Source of the DNA: Utricularia gibba
Taxonomy: Eukaryota; Plantae; Magnoliophyta
Direction of reading: 5' to 3'
DNA length: 64,000 bases
Assembly (NCBI GenBank): GCA_002189035.1
Contig: NEEC01000004.1
Coordinates: 3,348,001 to 3,412,000 of the forward strand
The notes beneath the pieces are model-generated. The model saw only the letters and a list, made by a program, of their open reading frames with translations, made no database searches and was not told the origin of the DNA. Within the stretch, counting starts at the first letter, position 1. Each line of letters starts with the position of its first letter. The translations under genes and the position numbers were made by a program. Positions 39,364-51,599 of this stretch are shown here, piece after piece.

Positions 39364-41706
39364 CTAATGATTTACTTCGGTTTGAGATCTTCGTTTCTCC
39401 ATCCAGTCGATAATGTCCTGCGCGATCTCTTCGCGCTCGGGTTCAAATAAAAGGTCATGCAGATACCCGTCGTAGAGCTTGATGTCCTTGAACTTGGAAG
39501 GTGCATCATTGTACAGATCCTGCGAAGCTTGTGGATCAGTGACTGTGTCGGCTGTTCCATGGAGGACCAAGAATGGCACCGTGATGGACTTGAAGTTGCG
39601 CATCAGGTACGCCGAGATTCGGAGAATCTCGTGCCCCGTTCGGACCCTTATTGGGCCAGTGTAGACTAAGGGATCCGAGTACTTGGCAATAAGGGCTTGA
39701 GGATCCCTGGATACTGGAATGCCCCTTTTGTTTGCACCCTTGAACTGGAACCTTGGAGCCACTACAGAGAAGATTGGTGCCACGGCCTGTTCATTAAAAC
39801 AAGAACAAACAAACAAAAAGGTAAATGCGGGGTTTATTGTTTCGTATCAAGCTGCAAGCATCGTACTCCAAGATAATATGTAGCATTCTGAGAAAGTGCG
39901 ACTTATGATAATAAGGCTGGGTGACTAGGCACTTACGCCAACGATGGGATGGGCTGGCTTGACACGTAGAGCAGGCGACGTCAATATAACCCCCTCCAAC
40001 ATATCCCTTACATGAGGATAGAGAGCAGCCTATCCATCCAATACACAAATGTCAATGGGAGGAGGATAGCGTTCTTGAGCCAATGGCACAAAGAGGGCAA
40101 TCAATACCTTGAGGACCACTGCCCCTCCGGTTGAATGACCGAACAGGAAACATGGAACACATGGGTTCTCCAATTGTACAGACTCCAAAAAAGCCACCTA
40201 TACCGCAAGAAATGCTTTATTACCCATTGTATTATCACTGTTACAGCAAACAAAATTAGAATTGGGATCACATCAAAGAGACGTATCATACAAAGAATGA
40301 ACTTACGGTGTCTGCGACAACATGATCCAGCGATGGTACATACCCATGCAGTCCATCACTGCCACCATGACCTGTAAAAAAACGTAGTCATTTCCTGACT
40401 AAGGAAAAAAACGGCACTTCTAATAACACTATCACTAGGGAATGGTGTGTTTTTCCTTTGCGTTATGTGGCAGTTATGTTAACAAGAATGTTCAACCAGT
40501 CACCAGTATGGGGTTGAAATACAAAACTTGGAGAATATTATGACACACGCAGTTCAAAGGGCAATTTGAGTTAACAAGGCAAGATGGGAACAGATGAGAA
40601 AAATGCGTGATGAAAAGTATAATATTTTCTAGAAAAATGACAGGAAATTCTATGTCCGTTCCTCACCTATCCAATCCATTGCATAGACCCCATAATTACA
40701 AGAGATGAGTTGCTTAGCAAATTGACCATAGCGTCCACTGAAAGACAAAAAAGCAGCTTAACAACATTTCACATGGGCATAAAGCTGAGGAAAAAAAGAA
40801 GCTGGCTATAAGAAAACCTGTGCTCGTTGAGACCATGAATGATAATGAGGATGCCCCTGTAAGAGTATCATGTTTAAACATTAGTAAGTGGATGCTCTCA
40901 AACCAGGACAGTATAGTTATATGAGCACATTCCAACATGCCAGCCATGAAACATGAACATACGGGGTATTGTTAACTACCAACATGCGAAGGATCAAGCT
41001 TCTAAAATAGACTTTGATTATGAGATACTTCCTAATCACAGCATCCATGATCCATATCGTCAGCGATATGGAAGCCAAATCGTCCAAATTACGCTAAGCA
41101 ATGTCCGCGTAACATGCCTTTTTAACATAACAAAAGTTCACATTCTCGAACAGTATAATCCTATCAGCGATTTGTAGTTATAATACAGAAGAGTTTTCAT
41201 ACAAAACGCAACAAGATAAAGGTCCAAACCGCTGCAGACACACGTTCTCCATCTTAATTAAGAAAACCAAATGAGAAAATCAAGGCATACTTTAATGCTC
41301 CAGAATCCGGAAACCAGGAGCGGTAAAAGAGCGCATGCCGGCGAACGCCATAGAACAGTGAGGTCGACCACCGGCAATCGCAATCGCCCTCGGAAACCAT
41401 TGCTATAGCCTGAGCCAAATCCCTACGCCTCATCGTATCCTCCTGATCCCTAAGGATCGCGAATTTTCTCTTTCGCGATACCGACGCCGGCATCGTTCTC
41501 GGAGAGGAAGGAGGCGTAGATGACAACCTATGCAGGCGAGGCAGCAGCAGCACAATCCAGATGAAGAAGGAATAAACAAACAGGAAAGATCTACGCAACG
41601 ATTCGAGCGATGAAATGGATCGGCATAGATTCTTAAACACCGGAATTATACGGCCGCTGGCGCCGGAAGTTAATTCCTCCACCTGCACCACCGCGGCCGC
41701 CTCCAT
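39364..41706 (-). CDS. Alpha/beta hydrolase, monoacylglycerol lipase / caffeoylshikimate esterase-like (Hydrolase_4)
   Basis: Exons join to GILIIIHGLNEHS, GRY...YAMDWI, GHGGSDGLHGYV, FLFGHSTGG (GxSxG), LVLHGTADTV and HDLLFEPER. Confidence 0.93.
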
Positions 41707-42119
41707 TTTCCGATGGGATAACTAAACTTCCTGTGTCTCGAAAAGCACAAGAACAGATATAGAAAAGAAACAGTGGAAGGTGAAACATGGAATACGATCA
41801 GTTATATAATTAGCAGCAACTGGCCACGTCACCTGGTGTTCGTGGTTCATCTTTATTCGGCTGGAATTGGATTTCCTTATCCTCATTTTCGAGCATATGC
41901 CTATGAATCTTCTCTGCTGGCTGCAATTCCACCTTTCTTCTAAAAACCAATTTTAAAACCCGACCCATCTCTCACTGCTTACATTTTCAAATCGATCAAA
42001 TTCGAATTTCATATATTATTTTTAAATTTATATAGTCTTTATATCATTTATATGTTAATATAAATAAAAATACTTATTATTCAATAAATGAATGAATTAG
42101 GTAAATCTGTTAATAAGAT

Positions 42120-43700
42120 AACAAAAATTAAATAGGTTTATAAAGGCCTGCACATTAACATTGGGATAATGTATATCTGGGATTTCTACATATAATCAAT
42201 GATATTTGACTCATTTCTTCTCAATGGCAATCGATAATAAGTTTTTATTCAAAAAATTACTTCTACCAATTTTCTCTTATAACAAATCAAATCTTATCAT
42301 TCTATTTTATTTTCATCAAAAGGGAAAGAGTATTTACCTCTTTAGTAAGATGAAATAAGTAATAGAATATTTAATTGTGCAAGAAATAGAAGATTTCACT
42401 CTACAAGAAGTAGGACATTTAGATCACTAAAACCTTTTTGAGCTTTTGAATCTTTTTTTCAATCCTCTTCATATTTTATTATGCTATAGGATATCAACTA
42501 TATCTTTTCGTATATATTTTTTATATAATTTCCTAATTTTTTGGAATTATTTTATTGTATTTAAATTAATGTTAGAATGCTTATGCTAATTTCTTTTTAT
42601 CTAAATATCCACTTGATTTTTATATCAACTCATTACATTTAATTTTATAGTGTTTCACTTGATTTTATCATGTTTATGCTACATTTATCAATCTTATGTT
42701 ATCAATACCATCAATACATGAAATTTAATAGATCTAACTCATATACCACATTTATCATATATCATAACTCCTATTATATTATACCTACTATATATCACAA
42801 TTATCAATTTAGTATCTATCATATATCATAACTATCAATCATATCAATCACATTTCACTCATTATATATAATGTATTGCATCCAAAAATAATTCATAATT
42901 TAATGAATTCTCACAATAATCAATGACATGCTTACTTTCAAAATGAGTATTTCAATTTAGAAGATCTTCTAATCGTTATGTCTCATCATAGTGGTATTAT
43001 TTTTTATATTAATCAAAATTGTTGTTCATTACATATTCTAAAATGAGGGATATCCATCCCAACAAAATAGAGGAAAACATGATTATATTAATTGTGAGTT
43101 TGAAAATAATAGTCTAGTAACAAATAATATCTTAATTAATGCTATCTAAAATAATCAATATTCAATCACTGTTTTATAATGTGACATAATTTATGCGGGC
43201 ATATTATCTCTAGCCTTATTGTATAAGTAGTCTCATATCTATGAGAAAGACTTGATGCAATTGGTTGTATATCAATGATAACAATATAGAAATATACTAA
43301 ACATATGTGAATGATGACATATGGATATAATACACCTAATGAATGTCTTCAAAATAATGAGTCTACCATGCTCAAGTGCTTAAATATATTCATAATCAAA
43401 ATTTGTATTGTGTTTGAGATAAAAATATATATGATATCCCAATTTAAATAAGATTGAAATATTACTTTCATTGGATAAATAAACTTCTCTAATATATTGA
43501 GAAGTATAAGTTGGTTGGTGTGTAGGATGTCAAATAGGATATAGTTTATTTATATTTCACTAAATGCATTTTTTATGTTTAAAAAATAATTCATATTTAG
43601 TTGTATGTGATTAATTAAATTTAGAATGAAAACACATTTGGTATGTGGATATAAAAATTGAATATTTGACAATTTTATTTTATTATTCATTCTCGTCTTG
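42120..43700 (-). pseudogene. Possible second, very decayed FCP1/NIF-type phosphatase relic
   Basis: Minus-strand LFCWD (43057-43070; 13-bp identity ATCCCAACAAAAT with 51976-51988), then VIDYCENSLN (~42910) and NVQAFINLF (~42140), in the same order as the motifs at 51.6-52 kb. Weak. Confidence 0.25.
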
Positions 43701-44779
43701 TATGATATTATGCGTTTCAGGCATCTAATCATCATGGTTTTATGTTCTCTCATTCTAAAAAGAATATCTCATATAAGATTAAGATAATTACTCTATTTAA
43801 ATATGTCACATTCATCATCTGTAACCAATATAAGATATCATTATAATGTTCATGTACTTACATTCTTTTTCTTTTAAAGGTTCAACGATCTTGTTGGGTA
43901 TCCCCTCTGCCCACCATTGACACGAGCTTAAGTTTGTTTCAAATACCAAATGTCATGACGCATCCTCACCTTATACAATATTTTCTGCTTTGAGATTTTA
44001 ATTCACACGATTTTATGTTCTTCACTTTCGGAAAAAAAGTCTTATACAAAATCAGAAGAGCTTCTCTATTTAACAATATCTCCTCCCGCGTCCATGGGAT
44101 ATAGTCAAGAGGTCATTGACTTTACATTTTATGTATAAAATTATAGATATAATCCTCATCTAAAACAAACTCAATTAATTCTTCTAGAATATTTATGCAA
44201 TGGTTAATTTATGCTATTTGAATTGTTGTAATATTATAAAACTGATTTATGAATTAATATAAATTTATATTGGAGAATTCAATAGGTTGAATCATATATT
44301 ATAAAATTTAATAGATTAAATTAATTGAATATAAAGATATACTGTATTTTAAAAGTATGTATAAAGTAAATAACATAATGTTTTAATTAATTATTATTTT
44401 AATTATTAAAATATTAATTTAAGGAATTTAATAATTTTTAAATTAATTTATTAATTCAAATTTCTAATTTAGTATAAATGGATGAATATTGAAATGTATA
44501 CAAATAAATATACTTATTTCAAAAAAATGTATTAGAATTTTTAGTGAACGTGGCCTTTTGTCTTTCTGGGCTCGCTATTTTCGAATAGCAGCCCAATCTC
44601 CACAAATTGCCGCCGTCGTAGTCCGTGGCCGTGGTTCCACAAGTGTTCGACGGGTCTCACCTGACATTCGACTGTGGATCGTCAGGTTTTCTCCCTTTTC
44701 GCACACTTACGTTCAGCTGGGACAACTGTATGGTAATTCTATGAATTTGGTGTAAGAAGAGGAGTATTTTACCACAGAA

Positions 44780-46319
44780 ATGGTAGACGTAGAAAGGGAT
44801 GATGGGCGTAAGCCGAACCAGTTGAGACCAGTGGACTGTTCGCGTAGAGCCCTCGTCCGTGCCCATGGCTCCGCATGTTGCTCTCATGGTAAAGCTTCAA
44901 ATTGATTCTTCTTTTTGGTTCTACGTGTTAACTCGATGGTTCCTTCCCTTCCAGGTGAAACCAAGATCCTTGCTGCTGTTTATGGGCCGAAATCAGGAAC
45001 CAAGAAGAACGAGAACCCGGAAAAAGCTTGCATTGAAGTGATTTGGAAGCCTAAGACGGGCCAGATTGGTGAGATTACCAGCATTTCTATCTGCAAAAAT
45101 ACCTTTGATTGTGAGAAACAGAGCTTAGGGCTTGGATATTGTGACTGGTGATTTTGATGGACCATGTCTTTTTTAGGGAAAACTGAAAGGGAGTTTGAGA
45201 TGATACTGAAGAGAACTTTGCAGAATATTTGTCTTTTGAATGTAAATCCCAATACGACCACAACAATTATATTGCAGGTAAGGCTCGTGGATTGATTGAG
45301 CTGTATTCCTCTATGCTGTCTTTTCATTGTTCGCTCAGTTGAGCATGTTTCTACTTGCATTTGCATTGGACATCATTGCTTTTAATGTATTACATTCCTT
45401 TATTTAAAATAACTGGATCATTCAATTCGATCTCTTAGGATGAATGTTTCACTGTAGTGAATCTGCATTGTTTTTCTAAGTTGCATGTCTGAGACAGAGA
45501 GTTCATTTTTTCTTGCAGGTTGTCCATGATGATGGTTCTGTATCCTTTTGTAAACCTGAAAATTTTACTAAGAAGACCTATAAAAAATGGTCATTCGGCA
45601 ATCGGTGATAGTTTTACTGTTGATATTTTTTCTTCTTGTTTTGCATCTTCATCGTTCACATGTCAGCTTCCTTGATGAAGCCGTTATAAGCTTCTTCCAT
45701 GTGCTATACATGCAGCATGCGCTGCCTTCTTAGACGCCGGGTTCCCAATGAAGTATCTTGCAGGTAACCAAATTGTCCTTCAATTCTTAATTCATGTTTT
45801 CATCAAGGGCGGCACAATCATGTCGTAATCTTCCAATGTATAGTTTCCATATGCTGTGGTTTCAATGATGGTGAGCATACTTTGTTGGACCCAACCAAGC
45901 AAGAAGAAGAGGTGAATACCATTTAGATCAGAGATACATATGATTAGTTTCTCTGTGTCACTTCCTCTATTCAATTCCAGAAAATGAAAGCATTCGTGTG
46001 CATAGTCTTCCCCTGCGCCATCCAATCTGTACTCTCCGAAGGATTACCTCCTGATGGGGAAGGGATTATCACATCGTATACCCATGGTGTCATGACAGGT
46101 TACTGCTTTTCTTCATGTAAAATTCACCATTTAAACAAAGAATGCTGCACACAGCAGAGTTGTCTGTGTTGGGAAATCTGTTCACTTTAAATTTCTAGCT
46201 ACCCCATGAGACTCACTTTTGAACTGGGCTTATTAGTGGACGAGTACTTCCTTTGCGTGGAGCAAGGGCGAGCAGCCATCTCCACCCTCTCCAGCATTCT
46301 TAAGAAGAAGTGCACTTGA
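44780..46319 (+). CDS. RRP46: Exosome complex component RRP46 (RNase PH-like)
   Basis: DGRKPNQLRP...RAHGSA, TKILAAVYGPK, IEVIWKPKTG, VVHDDGS|LLPCAIHAACAA, LLDPTKQEE. Exons join in frame to TGA 46317-46319. Confidence 0.94.
45540..45690 (+). other. U12-type GT-AG intron in RRP46
   Basis: 5' site GTATCCTTT (45540), branch site TTCCTTGAT (45668-45676), AG at 45689-45690. Removal gives DDGS|LLPC. Confidence 0.85.
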
Positions 46320-47486
46320 AGGGATCTCGCATTGTCTACTTTCTCCAGGGAACCAAATGGTTAGCAGTTTGTTTTTTTTTTTTTTTTTTGTGGATGCACA
46401 TTTATTTGATTTTGAGATGAAGTAGCTGGGGGAGTAAAGAGAACACTGAGAAATGAATGCTTTTCCCCCCGTCTGTGTGACCCGTGTGGGCTGGCGATTT
46501 TCGATCCATGTTTTTTTTTACTAAAAAAAAAACAAAGCTATCTATCTTCTTTTGGCCCCCACCCTCAATACAACAGTACATTTTTTATCATTAAACAAAT
46601 ACACGTAAATACGGCGATGCGGCACGGTTAGGCGTGTCAAAATAAAGTTTGAGCACACAAATATATCAACTTTATTTTGAAATAAATCATTAAAAAAACT
46701 ATTTGGTTTTCTCATCCTCCAATATTTTGACACTACTCGAAAAAAAAAAAATTTTCGCAATTTAAAGAATGTAATCTAATTTACAAATAAAAGTTTGCAA
46801 CATTAACAAATGCTGATTGATCGAAGTATATAGGGGAAGATGAGGCTGTAATAACGCAAAACGTGTGTAATGAAAGCCCAGTTAAATATATGTGAATATA
46901 ATACAAGTAAGTTAATTGGGATGCGGTAATACTTATTAGCGCGCGTCGATGTGTCAACTGTCATGGAGCGGGTGTGTTTTAGATGCAGAGCAAAGGGGAT
47001 CCACACGAAATAATGAATAATCAGCCCTCCCTTAATGTGCCTACGGGGTACCATGCGAATGTGCAGTCTCAATGTTATTACAATGTACGGTGAACGTACT
47101 TGTATATGAATAAAAAAAAAGACACATGACCATCCATGCATCCATCCAGCGGGGAAAGTTATGCTATGGACAGGGATGCATGCCATGATTCAGATAAAAA
47201 AAAAGTATTTAAATTTTCAAATCCAACTTTTAACTCAAACAAAGTTTAAAAGTATCTGTCTATAATAAAAAAATATTATCTGTTTACACTTCAAATGTTG
47301 CAAAAACATGAGACATATATATATATTTTTTTTGCAATAGAAAGATTTAGATTTTCATTATTTTGAAATAATACGAAACAAGAGATTATGAAAAGAAGGC
47401 ATGATGGGATTGGAAGTTTATCCAAAAAGGAAAGAGTGGATGAGGTGGAGATGCTAATTCATATTATCCCTGTGCTTGCGGTGGCA

Positions 47487-47699
47487 AGCAGGCAGGCAGG
47501 CAGGCAGGAGGGAGGGAGTTGTGTCCATTATTCAAGAACCGAACCCGCATCGCTGATGGCGGGCTGGGCGGCCGGACCGGCGAGTACTGATTATCAAGGC
47601 CGGGGAAGCCCCAGCCCCAGCAACTGATGATACATAGATGGATAGATAATAAGCTGTTAGCTGTATGTGTATTTTAAATTGCCTGCCTGCCTGCCTGCT
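47487..47699. repeat. Inverted pair of (GCAG)n microsatellites
   Basis: AGCAGGCAGGCAGGCAGGCA (47487-47506) is the exact reverse complement of 47680-47699. Confidence 0.8.
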
Positions 47700-47999
47700 G
47701 GAAGGAAATAATAATAACCTGATGAGCAAGTCAATAATAATAGCACCCAATAGCTAATAGCTGCTCGGGGAGGGTATCAAATCGTCACATTGGCTGCCAC
47801 CCATTAACGCCCTATCAAGTCAATATGGGTGTCCCGTCCCGTCCCTCCACGGGGGACGTGAAGATACCATCCTGCCCCCCCCCCCCCCCCCCCCTGGATA
47901 TCCTGGCAAGTACGCTTTTGCCCCTACCGCCTTCCTATTTATACTAATGTCACGGCACGGGACTATCCCCATAACTCTCTGTTCGTCCCCCTCTCCAAG

Positions 48000-49436
48000 A
48001 TGCAGATGGAGAACCACGCCGGTGGCGGCAGCAAGCCTCTCTCCGCCTTGCTTTCGGAAAAGGATCAGAAGCCCCCACTGCATCTCCACAACGCCCGCGA
48101 GGAGGAGCTCGCCTCGCCGTGGAACCTCTCCCCCTCCTCCACTCCTTCATCCTCGGTCCTCTACCACTGCATCTCCACGCTGTACCGCCAGGAGGGCACC
48201 ATCTTTGCGCTGGCGGTCGCCCGGGGGCTCGTCTTCACGGGCTCCGAAAGCTGCCGCATTCGGGCCTGGCGCCAACCCGACTGCACCGAGCGGGGCTTCT
48301 TCTCCGCCAGCTGCGGCGACGTGAGGGCCATTCTGGCGCATGGGAACACGCTCTACACATCGCATAAGGACTGTAAGGTTCGGATTTGGAGGATCACTTC
48401 AGGACCTGATGGTTTCAGAGGAAAGAAACTCGGCGTCCTGCCCAAACCACACCAAATTTTTGGTACCTATTTTTTTTTCGACTGTGCTGCATCAAATATT
48501 ACATGGTCATTATTTTTTTAGAATAAAATTATGATCCAGGTGTCATCCCCGTGAAGAGTGGCTTGAAGCACAAGGACTGCATTTCGTGCATGGCGATAAA
48601 CCTTACGGAGGGGCTACTCTACACGGGCTCGTGGGACAGAACAATCAAAGTGTGGAGGGTTTCCGATGATCTGTGCGTGGATTCCTTCACAGCCCACGAC
48701 GAACAAATAAACGCCGTCATCGTCAACCAGAACGACGGCACCGTCTTCAGCTGCTCCTCCGACGGCGCCGTGAAGATATGGCGACGTGTGTACGGGCAGC
48801 GGGCGCACGCCCTGACGATGACCCTCAAGTTTCAGTTTTCTCCGGTGAACGCTCTGGCTCTCAGCTGCTCCTCCGATTCATGCTTCCTCTACTCCGGATC
48901 CTCCGACGGGATTATCAACTTCTGGGAGAAGGAGAAGGTCTCGGGAAGATATAACCACGGGGGGTTCTTGCAGGGCCACCGATTCTCCGTCCTCTGTCTC
49001 GTCGCCATCGACAGAATGGTACGAACTTGGCGCTATTTCTCTGGAATCCCAGACTTGTGTGTTCTAAACACGGTGTCCGCAGATATTCAGTGGATCGGAG
49101 GACACAACGATCCGGGTGTGGAGACGGGAAGAAGGGATGGGGTTCCATGAATGCCTGGCGGTGATGGACGCCCACCGGGGACCGGTGCAGTCGCTGGCGG
49201 TGGCGGTGGAGATGGAGAGAGCGACGTTTGTGGGGTTTCTAGCGTACAGCGCAGGAGTGGATCAGGCGTTCAAGGCGTGGAGAATAAAAGTGTCGGCGGA
49301 GGATAAGACGGGGTTGGAGTGGTCGGAGGCAAAGACGAAGGTGGAGTACGAGTACGAGTACGAGTTTGAGATGAGCCCCGTTCTGTCGCCGGCGTGGGTG
49401 GAGAAGAGGCTCCAAGGATCCCAATTCATGTGTTGA
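48000..49436 (+). CDS. WD40-repeat protein, JINGUBANG-like
   Basis: VFTGSESCRIRAW, HKDCKVRIW, LYTGSWDRTIKVW, SCSSDGAVKIW, YSGSSDGIINFW, FSGSEDTTIRVW, AHRGPV. Introns 48463-48539 and 49019-49082 join the three frames. Confidence 0.92.
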
Positions 49437-49517
49437 TTAATATTATGTATCATACCCTTGATTTGTGTTTTTTGGAAAGTATATTCACCCATAGAATTAG
49501 AGGATGTGTTAACAGAG

Positions 49518-49917
49518 GATGGATGGATGGATGGATGATATACCATTCATTACACCCTGCTGCCCTCTGAGGCACACGATGAGAATCCAACCACATAAGA
49601 CGTATGTATGTATATTGGAGTGTGACTGCATGAGAATCCAGTCCAGGTGGGGGATCACCTCACCAATTTGATTTGATTTGATTTGATTACCCAGGCCGGG
49701 CCATAAATATAAGTAACTGCTGCAAACGCAATTTAAATGCCTATCCATCCACCCGGCCGCATTATTATGGCTGTGGCTGCCCCATCAGCAGCAGCAGCAG
49801 CAGCAGCAGAAAGCATTATTCACGGTGCCACTCAATCACTGGATCCTCGGATGGGATGGGAGGGAGTTGCGGAGGCTACGAGGTCCCAATTATGATTATT
49901 ATTATTATTATTATTAT
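49518..49917. repeat. Microsatellite cluster: (GGAT)n, (GATTT)n, (CAG)n, (ATT)n
   Basis: Simple repeats visible at about 49518, 49667, 49787 and 49893. Confidence 0.85.
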
Positions 49918-50465
49918 GCTATCAACACTCCTCCTCATCATTTGAGTAAGAGTCCTAAATAGGAATACCAACCGAAAAGATTCTCATGCCGGATTGCATT
50001 GTAGCCAATCTTTTAAATTTTCAAGTTCGCGCTACACTGTAGTAGTAGTAGTAGCCCCCACCCCCCCCCTTTCATCATATAAATCCTCAATGTTTCAAGA
50101 GAAACACAACTTGTTTCTGTCGATGCCATCAGATATTAGGTTTTCTTTTTTTTCATCTATAAATGGATCAGGGTAGACAACACATCAATAATATCATATC
50201 ATATCCTTCTGATTATTAGGATACGTGGGCAATGAAGATCTCATGATGACACCCCGCCCCCACCCCATCCTACATCTTCCTAATAGCAGGATTTTTCTTT
50301 CAGTTAATTTGAAAAATATCCATATTTCTTCACCTTAATTTGAAAAATATTATACTCTCAAAATCTTTTACAAAATATCCAACCTTAATATGACTTTTAA
50401 ATATAAATGTCAAAAAAACAGAAATATAAGTGTATTTTATTTTTTTTGTTTTTTGTGTATATGTT

Positions 50466-51200
50466 TATATCTATGTGTATATTTATTATTTTATTAAAAT
50501 TATTCGAAACAATAATAAATATTGTATTATATGTATTTAAATTGTATAATATTGAAAAACATTGTAATAAAATATGATATATTATATTATTTAATTTAAT
50601 ATATAAAAAATAAATTTGGATATAGATATTTGGTAATAATTATTTATATATTATAATATTCAATCAATTCACAAAAAATACTTAAAGATTATTCAAAATT
50701 ATTATACTAAACGACTTCAGTTCATTATCTTTAATCCTAAAATATATATCATGTATATATATCTATATTAATTGTTTTATTAAAATTTTCAGAAGCAATA
50801 ATAAATGTTATATTATTTGTATTTATTGATATAGATATATGATAATTATTCTAAATATTTTTTCATATAAAATCAATACCCAAAAATACATAAATATTTA
50901 TTGAAAATCAATATACCAAATGCACAGATATATATATATATATATATATATATTCTCAATTATTTGTATATTAATATTTTAAGAAGTGATGATAATAATA
51001 CAATAAATTAATTTTTTTTAATTTTGTGTATAGATATATTTATATTTATTATTTTATTAGTTATTTAAAAAATGATAAATATCATATTATTTATATTTAA
51101 ATTATATACTACTAAAAACATATTCTCATAAAAATAGATATATTGTTTGTATAATTTGAAGATATAAAATAAATATTAATACAACTATTTGGTAAATATT
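50466..51200. repeat. Degenerate AT-rich direct repeats (three imperfect copies) with a (TA)n run
   Basis: Unit starting TATTTATTATTTTATTA...AATAATAAAT.TT.TATTAT at about 50480, 50765 and 51040; (TA)n at about 50927-50952. Confidence 0.6.
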
Positions 51201-51599
51201 TTTAATATTTGGTGTGTTACTTCAGAAAATATTTTCATGGTGAGTATATTTTTTAATGGATTATATTTGTTATTGATGAAGTGATTTTATTGGTGAGTAT
51301 GTGATCTATTACTCTGTCGAAAAATCTACAATCCAATAAATTATTTCAATATGAACTCTATAATAGAGAAATCATCAACAATGTCCATCTAGAAAAATTT
51401 TCATTATGAGTGTATTTTATTTTGTAGTGTTTATTAGAATAATGTGTTTGGATCATTGGATGTATTTTCTAATAATTAAAATTAAAGCTCTTTGAATATA
51501 ATTGGTCTAATACAATAATACTATGTATACTTATATTTTAAAAACTCGTAAAGATTACAATGCCCATATTCTTTTGCAATTGAAGGTTTCACACGTCAA

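Noticed and set aside
47947-49175. Many overlapping alternative-frame and antisense ORFs over the WD40 gene
   Set aside because: Expected by-product of GC-rich coding sequence with few stop codons.
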